A DNA stretch of 64,000 bases from a virus. Below, in pieces: positions 48,785 to 58,416 of the stretch (its first letter is position 1; each line of letters opens with the position of its first letter). A model generated the notes under the pieces. The model made no database searches, was not told where the DNA came from, and saw only the letters and a list, made by a program, of their open reading frames with translations. The stretch lies in the IMG/VR virus record IMGVR_UViG_3300008110_000034, positions 96,001 to 160,000 of that record. One strand, given 5' to 3'. The position numbers and the translations under genes are program-made.

Positions 48785-49423
48785 ATGAAAAATTTTAAAG
48801 AATATATCACTGAAAGCACAAAGGTTTACCCTTTTAAAGTTAAGATTGCAGGAGACATTCCTGAAAACTTTGAAAAAAACATGAAGTCTGCGCTATCAAA
48901 ATTCAGCGTAGAAAGCATGAGTAAAGGTAAACGTACACCAATACAATCTACACCTTTAGATTTTCCTAATTTAAAGGATACTGAAGTTACAATTTATGAA
49001 ATCAATCTAAAATATCCAGTTACTAGCTACGGTTTAGCTGAATATATTTCTCATAACTTAGGCATTGTATCTGAAAAAGTAAGAGTTAGAAATCCTGCCG
49101 AACAAGCAGAAATAGATAAACAACAGGAACATTTATTAGATTCATTCAGCACAGATCCAAAAGGCTCATTATTAATGCAAGACTATGACACTGAGGATAA
49201 TCAAAAAACTGTAGGCGATAAACGAATCAGTGAATTTATGAAAGAATTATCGGCAGTTAGAGGCAAACATTCTGGTATTAACTATACCGGAGTAAATGAT
49301 CAAATACTTGCTGACGGTGCACCAAAAGAAAAAGAGCCACCAACAACTGAAGATACCGGTAAGACTAGCCCTGTTGGGTCTCGTCAAAATAAAATACCAG
49401 ACCCACGTAAAGGAAAAAAATAA
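48785..49423 (+). CDS. Hypothetical protein, possible internal head protein
   Basis: Starts MKNFKEYITES, resembling the T4 capsid-targeting sequence; TAAATA at 48763-68. Confidence 0.55.
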   Translation: MKNFKEYITESTKVYPFKVKIAGDIPENFEKNMKSALSKFSVESMSKGKRTPIQSTPLDFPNLKDTEVTIYEINLKYPVTSYGLAEYISHNLGIVSEKVRVRNPAEQAEIDKQQEHLLDSFSTDPKGSLLMQDYDTEDNQKTVGDKRISEFMKELSAVRGKHSGINYTGVNDQILADGAPKEKEPPTTEDTGKTSPVGSRQNKIPDPRKGKK

Positions 49424-49424
49424 A

Positions 49425-49988
49425 ATGAATTGGCAAGATTTATATAAAAGAATTGCATTCTTAGATCAAGAAATCACCGAGGCAAAAGACAAAGGTGATA
49501 TGGACAAAGACGGCGAAAATGAGCCTGATGACAAAGAATATCGTGACAACAAAGATGCAGCAATTAAAAAGGCGACCGGTGATAAAGAAGTAGACGAATC
49601 ACTAGACGAATGTGGCCCAATGGGCAGTACTGGTTCACAACCAGACAACGTTAGTATGAATGTTAGTTTAAACGGATCAGGCGCTGGCGGAATCCGAGAT
49701 CTTATGGATGTTCTCCGAAGCATTGAAAAAGGAAATCACGATCACGATCACGATCAAGATTCCGACATGGACAAAATTGCATTAAAATTAAACAGTGAAA
49801 ATGAAGAATTTGACAATGAGCCTAAACCAGAATATAAAGACATAAAATACATGACTAAAGATATTTCCGGCGGACTGAACAAAGAACACGGACAATACAA
49901 AAAAGAGTATCCTGGCGATAATCCAATGGCAGTCAAACAATTAGAAAATAAACTAGGCGCAATGTACGAAGCATATAAAAGTAGATAA
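49425..49988 (+). CDS. Acidic hypothetical protein, possible internal head protein
   Basis: Start moved to ATG 49425 (MNWQDLYKRI); Asp/Glu/Lys-rich with EF-hand-like DMDKDGENE. Confidence 0.55.
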   Translation: MNWQDLYKRIAFLDQEITEAKDKGDMDKDGENEPDDKEYRDNKDAAIKKATGDKEVDESLDECGPMGSTGSQPDNVSMNVSLNGSGAGGIRDLMDVLRSIEKGNHDHDHDQDSDMDKIALKLNSENEEFDNEPKPEYKDIKYMTKDISGGLNKEHGQYKKEYPGDNPMAVKQLENKLGAMYEAYKSR

Positions 49989-50015
49989 TAATATTTGACA
50001 CAAAGTCATTCAAAA

Positions 50016-50037
50016 GCGGGTTATGCCCGCTTTTTTT
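50016..50037 (+). terminator. Rho-independent terminator
   Basis: GCGGG-TTATG-CCCGC followed by T7. Confidence 0.85.
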
Positions 50038-50052
50038 ATCTTAAATACAGTT

Positions 50053-51651
50053 ATGGCAAGCAAAAGTTTAGATGGTGTTTTAACCAAAAAAGCACACACA
50101 AAAGAATCATTCACAGAACAACAACTTGAAGATTTGTTGATGTGTGCCAATGCTGATTCTGGTTACCACTATTTTTGTAAAAACTTTTTTTATATTCAGC
50201 ATCCTGTAAGAGGAAAGATGCTGTTTGAACCTTTTGAATTTCAAAATAGATTATTAGATGCATACCACGGACATAGATTCAATATCAATATGTTACCTAG
50301 ACAGATGGGCAAAACTACCTGTGCTGCTGGATACTTATTGTGGTATGCAATGTTTCACCCGGACCAGACTATACTAATCTCTGCACACAAATATACAGGC
50401 TCGCAGGAAATTATGCAACGTGTGCGTTATGCTTATGAACTGTGTCCGGACCATATTCGCTGCGGTGTTATTAACTACAACAAAGGTAGTATAGAATTTG
50501 ACAACGGTAGTCGTATAGTTAGTACTACAACTACTGGCAACACTGGCCGTGGTATGAGTATATCATTACTCTACTGTGACGAGTTTGCATTTGTGCCTCC
50601 TAACATTGCCGACGAATTCTGGACTTCAATATCTCCGACACTAGCAACTGGCGGTAAGGCAATTATTACTAGTACACCTAACAGCGACGAAGATACTTTT
50701 GCCAATATCTGGAAAGAAGCGAACAAAAAATTTGACGAATACGGTAACGAGCAACTGATTGGCATTAATGGGTTTTTTCCTTTTACTTGTCATTGGAACG
50801 AACATCCAGATAGAGATGATGCATGGGCAACACAAGAACGTAATCGTATTGGAGAAGAACGATTCCGACGAGAGTATAACTGCGAATTCTTAGTATACGA
50901 CGAAACTTTAATTAACAGTATTTGTCTTGCTGGTCTTGAAGGGAAAGATCCGAGTCTAAGGATGGGACAAACAAGGTGGTATAAAACACCTACAAAAGAT
51001 GGTATCTATGCAATCGCACTCGACCCAGCATTAGGCACCGGCGGCAACTATGCTGCTATACAAGTATTTGAACTCCCAAAATTTGAACAAATTGCCGAAT
51101 GGCAGCACAACATAACTCCAGTCCAGGGGCAAATTAGAATTTTAAGAGACATCTTAAAGTATATTCTAGATTGCATAGGGGAAGAAAATTCAGGAAATAT
51201 CTATTGGAGTGTTGAAAATAATACAGTAGGTGAAGCAGCGTTAGTGTGTATTAAAGACGTAGGTGAAGAAAATATACCTGGGTTATTTATAGCAGAGCCT
51301 ATACGTAAAGGACATGTACGTAAGTTTCGCAAGGGATTTAATACAACACATAAGAGTAAAATATCTGCTAGTGCTAGACTAAAATACCTAATAGAATCAG
51401 GTAAAATGAAGATATACAGCAAACCTTTAATATCTGAATTAAAAGCATTTATTGCACAGGGTATAAGTTTTAAAGCAAAAGTTGGTGAAACAGATGACTT
51501 AGTTAGTGCCCTATTACTTATAGTACGTATGAGCCAAGTACTGTCTGATTGGGATTCAAGAGTATTTGAAAATTTCAGTAGCAACGACCTCAACGATGAT
51601 GAGCAATTTGAGCCGCCAATGCCGATCTACATTTCATCATTTCTAGGATAA
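50053..51651 (+). CDS. gp17: Terminase large subunit
   Basis: Walker A PRQMGKTT, Walker B LLYCDEFAF, IITSTPN, RFRREYNCEF, nuclease ALDPALG and DDLVSA; start ATG 50053 after TAAATA 50042-47. Confidence 0.95.
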   Translation: MASKSLDGVLTKKAHTKESFTEQQLEDLLMCANADSGYHYFCKNFFYIQHPVRGKMLFEPFEFQNRLLDAYHGHRFNINMLPRQMGKTTCAAGYLLWYAMFHPDQTILISAHKYTGSQEIMQRVRYAYELCPDHIRCGVINYNKGSIEFDNGSRIVSTTTTGNTGRGMSISLLYCDEFAFVPPNIADEFWTSISPTLATGGKAIITSTPNSDEDTFANIWKEANKKFDEYGNEQLIGINGFFPFTCHWNEHPDRDDAWATQERNRIGEERFRREYNCEFLVYDETLINSICLAGLEGKDPSLRMGQTRWYKTPTKDGIYAIALDPALGTGGNYAAIQVFELPKFEQIAEWQHNITPVQGQIRILRDILKYILDCIGEENSGNIYWSVENNTVGEAALVCIKDVGEENIPGLFIAEPIRKGHVRKFRKGFNTTHKSKISASARLKYLIESGKMKIYSKPLISELKAFIAQGISFKAKVGETDDLVSALLLIVRMSQVLSDWDSRVFENFSSNDLNDDEQFEPPMPIYISSFLG

Positions 51652-51659
51652 ATATCATT

Positions 51660-53948
51660 ATGGAACGAAATCTTGACGAAATTGCTAAGAGTCTGTTTGA
51701 TCAAATTAGATCACAGATTCCTAAAATAAAAATGGAAGATGCTCAGGGAAATGCTACAATTAAACCTGAGCAAGCCCGTTTTTTTGAGTTTAACTATGTA
51801 GTAAATGGTGCTGTTTTTGGACTAGTAAACATTGATGTTTCTTCTGAGGATGGAGTTGTTGTAATTTACCCTAATGATATTACACAAGGACAAAAAAACT
51901 TCAATAAGAAAAAATGGTTTAACTTTCTAAAAGAAATACGAGAATGTGCAAGACAGCATTTGTTAGACTTTAATGTTAGAGATATTAGCAAACAATCATT
52001 AGATAAAAGAGATAAAGAATATATGTCCAGTCAAAAGGAAACAAACATGAGTGAAAGTAAATTGTTCGGCACCAGCAAAACTAGTTACCAAGATTTAGGT
52101 AACAGCACAATTATTGTTAGGCACAGTGCTCCAGTAAACTATAATCATCCTGCGGGAAGAACACAAAGAATTGAAAGCATTTATATTGAAAATGTACAAG
52201 GTGAAAGATTTAAGTATCCCTTAAGACACCTTAACGGCGCACGAGCACTAGCACAACATATTGGCGAAGGCGGCACCCCTTATGATTCAATTGGCCGCTA
52301 TGTGATTGGACTATCTGAAGAATTATCAAAGTTACGATTCTTTAAAAATTACGTTGATCGTAGCCCAACAATTTCTGAGTCTATGAGCACCGTACATACA
52401 AAAGTAATTGAAAGAATTGATCAAATTAAAAAAGAAATTCATCATTTGCAGAACAATAGTTACTATCAAACATTCTCTGAATCATTTACTGAAAATAACG
52501 ATTCAGACGTTCCTGAAGAAATTATGAATGATTGGATTGATAGATTAACTATTAAAACATTTAACGAAGAATTAAAAACTGTATTTCCTTACATCTATAA
52601 ACTTGTTGACGAATCAGAAATACCAGTTAAAGAACTTGATATCAGTGAGATTATCGACAATGACGATGAATTAGAGTACGAAGGAATTGACCACAGCGAA
52701 GCACCAGAATTAGAAAGTTATATTAGCTACATTAATTCTATACAAACAGAAGAAGAAGAAAAAGATACACAAGAAGCTCCTCCTGAGATTCCTGCAGGAA
52801 TAACCCCAGACGCTGCTCAAATAATAGTTGATCAGTTGAATCAAGGTGTTGGCATTACTGATATTCTTAAAGGAGAATCTTCAGGGATTCCTGAAGAGGC
52901 ATTAGAAGGTTTAAGAAGTATGGTAGCAGACATGGCTATTGATATGGAACTACTAGATGAAAAAGAAGTAAACGATATTAGCGAAAAAGTAGCAGATATA
53001 TTATATCAAAGTGCTCAAGAACCAGCACCAGCACCTGAACCTGCAGCAGCGCCTGCACCTGATCCAGCAGCAGCACCAGCAGCACCAGCAGCACCAGCAG
53101 CACCGGCACCTGATCCAGCAGCAGCAGTACCACCTAGTCTACCAATGACACCAGGAGTAGCAATGGCAGAAAATTTAAAACGCTTGATCGAAAAGGCTAG
53201 ACTGGCTGGCGCAACACCTAGCACAATAATTAATTTTGGCGGAACTGATTTATCTTTAGGTGAAGCAATTACCAAAGCCGGATTTCAAATTGAAAGTTTC
53301 TTTGATCAAGATGACCAACACAATAATGAGTCAGAGTTAATTGAATTTATTAAAAGTATGTTTGATGCAGAAACAGGTAAATTTCCTAAAGGTGAAACAG
53401 GTGTGTTAATAGCCTGTGAGAAAAAATTTGGTGAAGGTGCTGTTTCAAAAGCAAAGAATGTTGTTAACGAACTAGAGTCTAGAGCAGATCTTAGAAGAAT
53501 TCGTGAATTATCCGGACTTTCAAATCAAGAAGAAGGATTCGGAGATGAACTAGCTTACAAAGCAGGCAACGTAGTTGGAAAAGTTCAAAAAGGAGTAAAA
53601 GACACAGTCGGTAATATTCGTCAAGGTGTATCAGATTTAGCCTCCAATTTTAAATCAGGGCAGCAGGCAGGACAAGGAGTAAGTGGTCAGTCTGGTCAAC
53701 CAGATAACAGTAGGCTTGGACAGACTCCACCTGGTCAAGACAGTAGCAAAATGACGCAACCGCCAGGCCCTGGGGATATTACAGGCCCTAGGGATATGAA
53801 ACCTAAAATGGGACAAGGCGGTCTCCCCCAACCTAAACCACAAAGTGGAAATTTTGCACAATCTGTTCAGCCTAAAATGGGACAAGGTGCTCAAACTCAA
53901 AAAGAAGACCTACTTGATAAACTTCGAAAAATGGCAGGAATAAATTAA
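51660..53948 (+). CDS. Large acidic hypothetical protein (probable virion/internal protein)
   Basis: 762 aa after TAAATA 51649-54; globular N-terminal half, Pro/Ala tract, Gln/Gly/Pro-rich tail, ends LDKLRKMAGI (cf. gp22 ending IRRLAGL). Confidence 0.6.
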   Translation: MERNLDEIAKSLFDQIRSQIPKIKMEDAQGNATIKPEQARFFEFNYVVNGAVFGLVNIDVSSEDGVVVIYPNDITQGQKNFNKKKWFNFLKEIRECARQHLLDFNVRDISKQSLDKRDKEYMSSQKETNMSESKLFGTSKTSYQDLGNSTIIVRHSAPVNYNHPAGRTQRIESIYIENVQGERFKYPLRHLNGARALAQHIGEGGTPYDSIGRYVIGLSEELSKLRFFKNYVDRSPTISESMSTVHTKVIERIDQIKKEIHHLQNNSYYQTFSESFTENNDSDVPEEIMNDWIDRLTIKTFNEELKTVFPYIYKLVDESEIPVKELDISEIIDNDDELEYEGIDHSEAPELESYISYINSIQTEEEEKDTQEAPPEIPAGITPDAAQIIVDQLNQGVGITDILKGESSGIPEEALEGLRSMVADMAIDMELLDEKEVNDISEKVADILYQSAQEPAPAPEPAAAPAPDPAAAPAAPAAPAAPAPDPAAAVPPSLPMTPGVAMAENLKRLIEKARLAGATPSTIINFGGTDLSLGEAITKAGFQIESFFDQDDQHNNESELIEFIKSMFDAETGKFPKGETGVLIACEKKFGEGAVSKAKNVVNELESRADLRRIRELSGLSNQEEGFGDELAYKAGNVVGKVQKGVKDTVGNIRQGVSDLASNFKSGQQAGQGVSGQSGQPDNSRLGQTPPGQDSSKMTQPPGPGDITGPRDMKPKMGQGGLPQPKPQSGNFAQSVQPKMGQGAQTQKEDLLDKLRKMAGIN
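53020..53130 (+). repeat. Imperfect tandem 9-bp repeats (GCACCAGCA) coding PAPAPEPAAAPA...
   Basis: Visible tandem gcaccagca units; the same unit occurs at the portal 3' end (about 16573-16600). Confidence 0.8.
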
Positions 53949-53976
53949 AAACGGCGAAAAAAGTCTGTTATTTCTC

Positions 53977-54044
53977 TTGCAAGACTAAATAAAAACGCAT
54001 ACAATAACATGTATGCGTTTTTTGTTTGATAGGTGTCAAACAAA
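53977..54044 (+). promoter_or_regulatory. Sigma70 promoter with embedded late promoter and two tandem hairpins upstream of ssb
   Basis: TTGCAA (53977-82), 17 bp, TACAAT (54000-05); TAAATA 53986-91; AAACGCATAC/GTATGCGTTT (53993-54020); TTTGTTTGA/TCAAACAAA (54021-44). Confidence 0.7.
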
Positions 54045-54080
54045 CTAAAGGCAAATATAGGCTAACAATAGGAGATAACC

Positions 54081-55055
54081 ATGGCAACTTTAGCTGAAAT
54101 CAGAGCAAAATTAAAAGAACAAGAATCCCGCGGTAGCGGCGACAACAAAACCGGAGGCGATAATTCAATTTATCCATTCTGGAATCTCAAAGAAGGTCAA
54201 GAAGCAACAGTACGCTTTTTACCCGATGGCAACACAGATAACACATTCTTCTGGGTAGAACGTGCAATGATCAAACTTCCCTTTGCTGGAATCAAGGGAG
54301 ATGCAGAAAGCAAAAATGTCATTGTACAAGTTCCATGCATGGAAATGTACGGACCAGGAAATGTATGTCCTATTCTTTCAGAAGTGCGTCCTTGGTTTAA
54401 GGATCCTAATCTTGAGGATATGGGGCGTAAGTATTGGAAGAAAAAATCTTATATTTTCCAGGGCTTTGTAGTTGACGATCCAATGAAAGAAGAAAAGCCA
54501 GAAAATCTAATTCGTAGATTTATCATTGGTCCACAGATCTTCCAACTTATTCGTGCGGCATTGATGGATCCAGACATGGACGACTTGCCAACTGACTACG
54601 TAAACGGAGTAGACTTCCGTATTGCTAAAACCAGTAAAGGTGGCTATGCTGACTACTCAACTAGTAAGTGGGCTCGTCGTGAACGACCACTAGAAGAAGC
54701 AGAATCAGCTGCTGTTCAAGCACACGGGCTATTTAATCTTAATGATTACTTGCCTAAGAAGCCAACCGATGTTGAGCTAAAAGTAATCAAAGAAATGTTT
54801 GAAGCAAGTGTTGATGGCGAAGCATTTGACATGGAACGTTGGGGACAATATTACCGTCCAGCGGGTGTGAGCTCTAATACCGGCGATCCTAACACAGCTA
54901 AATCAGCAGCACCTAGTACTCCTCAAACTAGTCCGGACTTAGAAGATGATTTTGAAGCACCAGCAGCAAAATCTCCTAAGAAAGAAGAATCTACAACTAC
55001 TTCTAGTACTAAAGCAGAAGACATTCTTGCAATGATTCGCAGCCGTCAAAAGTAA
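54081..55055 (+). CDS. gp32: Single-stranded DNA-binding protein
   Basis: ATVRFLP, zinc ligands PCMEMY...CPI, YWKKKSYIFQG, DFRIAKT..GGYADYSTS; strong SD AGGAG. Confidence 0.9.
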   Translation: MATLAEIRAKLKEQESRGSGDNKTGGDNSIYPFWNLKEGQEATVRFLPDGNTDNTFFWVERAMIKLPFAGIKGDAESKNVIVQVPCMEMYGPGNVCPILSEVRPWFKDPNLEDMGRKYWKKKSYIFQGFVVDDPMKEEKPENLIRRFIIGPQIFQLIRAALMDPDMDDLPTDYVNGVDFRIAKTSKGGYADYSTSKWARRERPLEEAESAAVQAHGLFNLNDYLPKKPTDVELKVIKEMFEASVDGEAFDMERWGQYYRPAGVSSNTGDPNTAKSAAPSTPQTSPDLEDDFEAPAAKSPKKEESTTTSSTKAEDILAMIRSRQK

Positions 55056-55062
55056 TACGCAT

Positions 55063-55097
55063 AAATAGGATACGGATTTATTCGTATCCTATTTTTT
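55063..55097 (+). terminator. Rho-independent terminator overlapping a TAAATA motif
   Basis: AAATAGGATACG-gatttatt-CGTATCCTATTT followed by Ts; TAAATA at 55062-67. Confidence 0.75.
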
Positions 55098-55100
55098 ATT

Positions 55101-55865
55101 ATGACTATGGACTGGAAACTAATTGAAAAAGCGCAATGGAAATTGCGACAACACCCTTTAACAGCAAGACAAAGTATAGGTTGTCTAGACGATCTAAAAG
55201 TCTTTATGGAAAATCATGTCTACGCTGTTTGGGATTTTATGTGTCTTACTAAACAACTACAGCATCATCTTGCGCCTAGCGGTAGCCCGTGGGTTCCAAA
55301 ATACTCTGCAGAATCTCGTCGATGGGTAAATGAAATTATCCTTGGAGAAGAAAGCGATATAACAGTTGACGGTGTAAAACACCTAAGCCATTTTGAAAGC
55401 TATATTGTAGCCATGGAAGAAATTGGCATGGACACTACTTGGATTAAACAATGGCCGAATCTGGTTGCCGAAGTTGGTTGGGAGGAAGCACTTAATCATC
55501 CAAGCGTACCTGAGCCTGCAAAATTCTTTATGTCAGAGACTAAAAGTTTTGTAGACAGTGATAAACCTTGGATTATTTGCTCTGCATTAGCATTAGGTAG
55601 AGAAGATCTTTTACCTGAACAATTCCAATCTGTGTTAAATCAATTAGAAGTTATGGAAATACCTAGTCCAACTTTCCGTTGGTATCTAGCAAGACATGTC
55701 GAAATTGATGGCAATGAGCACGGTCCAGCAGCTAGAAGATTACTAGTAGAACTTTGTGCCGGAGACCCTGAGCGCGAAGTTGAAGCAACAGAAGCAGCGT
55801 TACGGGCAATTAAAGCTCGAATGAAATATTGGGATATGATTATTCAACGGAATTATCTAACGTAA
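55101..55865 (+). CDS. DUF3050-like heme-oxygenase-fold (di-iron) oxidase
   Basis: FMENHVYAVWDFM.L.K.LQ, RRWVNEIILGEESD, SHFE.Y..AM, YLARHVEIDGNEHGP: DUF3050 pattern with E/H metal ligands. Confidence 0.8.
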   Translation: MTMDWKLIEKAQWKLRQHPLTARQSIGCLDDLKVFMENHVYAVWDFMCLTKQLQHHLAPSGSPWVPKYSAESRRWVNEIILGEESDITVDGVKHLSHFESYIVAMEEIGMDTTWIKQWPNLVAEVGWEEALNHPSVPEPAKFFMSETKSFVDSDKPWIICSALALGREDLLPEQFQSVLNQLEVMEIPSPTFRWYLARHVEIDGNEHGPAARRLLVELCAGDPEREVEATEAALRAIKARMKYWDMIIQRNYLT

Positions 55866-57292
55866 TGGCAAATGTAATTTTTTATAGTCAACTTGGCTAT
55901 CGTCCTTTTATTTGGCGACCAGTAGCTTGTTATATTCTTGCCAGATGGTTAGAAGAACATGGTTATACTTGTCAAGTAATTGAGTTCACTCACTTGTTCT
56001 CGCCTGACGAACTAATAGAACATACAAAAATGTTCATTGACAAAGATACAATGTTAATTGGCGTGAGTAGTACAATGTGGGCGACATGGAATGCCGATCT
56101 TGGACAACAAAGTCGAGTTGAAAGTATACCAGAAAATATCAAAATTGCAATTACAGAATTAAAAAAAGAATTTCCGAATATAAAAACACAGTTAGGTGGT
56201 CCTAGAGCTCATGATCATATTGTAGGCGTAGATTTATTTGACTTTGCTACTACTGATGCGTACGGCGAAGACGGTCTACTAAAGTTGATGGATGAACTTA
56301 GCAAACAAACTGGTATAACAAAAATTAATCGCAAAAAGTTTGATATCAGTAGTCACAGATTTGTTTATAAAGATCATGACTGTATTCTACCTGGGGAAAC
56401 TTTGCCAATTGAGTGGGGAAGAGGTTGTATATTTCAATGTCCCTTTTGTCGCAGTCCTAATTTAGGTAAACGTCCCGGAGCAGACGAAAAAGATATTAGT
56501 CTTATGGTCGATGAATTCACAGAAATGTATGAACGATTCGGAACGACGAACTATTATTTTATTGATGAAACATTTAATGCAAATAATGATAGAATTGAAC
56601 GATTAGGCGAAGTATATCAAAAGTTACCTTTTAAATTAGAATTTTTAGCATACAACAGAGCAGACTTACTAGATGCACACCCGTGGACGCAAGATGTTTT
56701 ACACGAGTGTGGTCAACGAGGTGCATTATTTGGAATAGAAACTTTTCATCCGGACGGTGCAAAATTAGTTAAAAAGCCGTGGAGTTCTAAAAGAGGTAAA
56801 GACTTTCTGTTACACTTACAAGATAAATGGCCGAACACACACATAGACGTAAGCTTGATTGCCGGATTACCAAATGTTCCAAAAGAATATTTGTATGAAA
56901 CTGCCGACTGGTTATTAACTACAAAGTTAGGATTCTTTTGGTTCATGACATTACAGATGGTAGAAAATGAAAAACAAGGAGTATGGGAATTAAGCGCAGA
57001 AAAACAAGGAATAACCTGGCCAAGCAAGAAATACCCACTGTATTGGGAATGGGGAGATATGAGTTTTATTAAAGCTTATAACTTAGCCAGCGAATTAAAC
57101 CGTTATGTAAAAACACAATCACGATGGGCTATGTGGGGACTAGGTCCTTTAAAAACTATTGGCTTAGATTTAATGAATTGTGTAAACAAAAGCAGTGCTG
57201 AAATTTTTGCACAAACAGGCGATATGTACGATCATGAAGATAGACTTTTTGAGATGTACAAAGAAAAACTTAAAAAAATTGCAGGCAGATAA
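55865..57292 (+). CDS. Cobalamin-binding-type radical SAM enzyme
   Basis: N-terminal B12-like domain (LARWLEEHGYTCQVIE...LIGVSST...LGGP), CxxxCxxC (CIFQCPFC), YFIDETFN, FGIETF. TAATG overlap with the upstream stop. Confidence 0.85.
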   Translation: MANVIFYSQLGYRPFIWRPVACYILARWLEEHGYTCQVIEFTHLFSPDELIEHTKMFIDKDTMLIGVSSTMWATWNADLGQQSRVESIPENIKIAITELKKEFPNIKTQLGGPRAHDHIVGVDLFDFATTDAYGEDGLLKLMDELSKQTGITKINRKKFDISSHRFVYKDHDCILPGETLPIEWGRGCIFQCPFCRSPNLGKRPGADEKDISLMVDEFTEMYERFGTTNYYFIDETFNANNDRIERLGEVYQKLPFKLEFLAYNRADLLDAHPWTQDVLHECGQRGALFGIETFHPDGAKLVKKPWSSKRGKDFLLHLQDKWPNTHIDVSLIAGLPNVPKEYLYETADWLLTTKLGFFWFMTLQMVENEKQGVWELSAEKQGITWPSKKYPLYWEWGDMSFIKAYNLASELNRYVKTQSRWAMWGLGPLKTIGLDLMNCVNKSSAEIFAQTGDMYDHEDRLFEMYKEKLKKIAGR

Positions 57293-57301
57293 TCAATTAT
57301 T

Positions 57302-57330
57302 TTGACATTAGTTGATTATTAATATATTAT
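57302..57330 (+). promoter_or_regulatory. Sigma70 promoter for uvsX
   Basis: TTGACA (57302-07), 17 bp spacer, TATTAT (57325-30). Confidence 0.75.
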
Positions 57331-57354
57331 TACTTTTAAATAGGGACAAACATT

Positions 57355-58413
57355 ATGACAAAGGCATTCGATTTATCAAAATTTCGTAAAAGCATTACTA
57401 AATCTATTGACGGTATATCCGTTGGATTTCAAGATCCTACAGATTGGATCAGCACTAACAACTATGCACTCAACTATCTTATCAGCGGAGACTTTAGCAA
57501 AGGTATTCCGATGGGGAAAGTTACAGTGTTTGCTGGAGAATCAGGCGCAGGTAAAAGTTTTATCTGTTCAGGGAATCTCGTAAAAAATGCACAAGAACAA
57601 GGTATCTATGTCATTCTAATTGACACAGAAAATGCATTAGATGAAGCATGGCTACATGCACTAGGCGTTGATACTAGCGAAGACAAATTACTTAAATTAA
57701 ACATGGCAATGATCGACGATGTTGCTAAGATGATTTCTGAATTTGTTAAAGAATACAAAAATTTACCAGAAGAAAACAGACCCAAAGTCCTATTTGTATT
57801 AGACAGCCTTGGTATGTTACTCACACCTACAGATGTTAATCAATTTGACGCTGGCGACCTTAAAGGTGATATGGGTCGTAAACCTAAAGCACTTACAGCA
57901 CTGGTTCGTAATTGTGTAAACATGTTTGGAAGTTTAAACATTGGATTGGTTTGTACAAATCACACATATGCAAGTCAGGACATGTTTGATCCTGATGACA
58001 AGATCTCAGGCGGACAAGGATTCATTTATGCAAGTAGTATCGTAGTTGCCATGAAGAAATTAAAATTAAAAGAAGACGAAGATGGCAACAAGATTAGCGA
58101 AGTGAAAGGTATTCGTGCTGCATGTAAGATCATGAAGACACGCTACGCTAAACCTTTTGAAAGTGTACAAGTTAAAATTCCTTATGAAACTGGTATGAAT
58201 CCTTATAGTGGATTAGTTGATTTGTTTGAAGGAAAATCATTGTTACTAAAAGACGGTAATCGACTAGCGTTTACTACAAATGACGGTGAAATTGTTAAAT
58301 ATTATCGCAAAGAATGGGAACGTAACGAAGACGGGTGTCTTGATACAGTTATGAAAGAATATAAAATTAACCCACATAGAATAAAAAATAGTGAGATCGT
58401 TGAGGAGACTTAA
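57355..58413 (+). CDS. uvsX: RecA-like recombinase
   Basis: Walker A GESGAGKS, LIDTENA, FVLDSLG, DMGRKPK, TNHTY, SGGQGFIYASS. Confidence 0.93.
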   Translation: MTKAFDLSKFRKSITKSIDGISVGFQDPTDWISTNNYALNYLISGDFSKGIPMGKVTVFAGESGAGKSFICSGNLVKNAQEQGIYVILIDTENALDEAWLHALGVDTSEDKLLKLNMAMIDDVAKMISEFVKEYKNLPEENRPKVLFVLDSLGMLLTPTDVNQFDAGDLKGDMGRKPKALTALVRNCVNMFGSLNIGLVCTNHTYASQDMFDPDDKISGGQGFIYASSIVVAMKKLKLKEDEDGNKISEVKGIRAACKIMKTRYAKPFESVQVKIPYETGMNPYSGLVDLFEGKSLLLKDGNRLAFTTNDGEIVKYYRKEWERNEDGCLDTVMKEYKINPHRIKNSEIVEET

Positions 58414-58416
58414 TAA

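Noticed and set aside
53020-53130. Tandem repeats as a possible CRISPR or VNTR array (also 17957-18030)
   Set aside because: Units are multiples of 3 inside coding sequence, encode Pro/Ala or Asp/Met tracts, and have no unique spacers.
50053-58413. Inteins or introns in terminase, ssb or uvsX
   Set aside because: Lengths and motif spacing are normal; no intein splice motifs seen.
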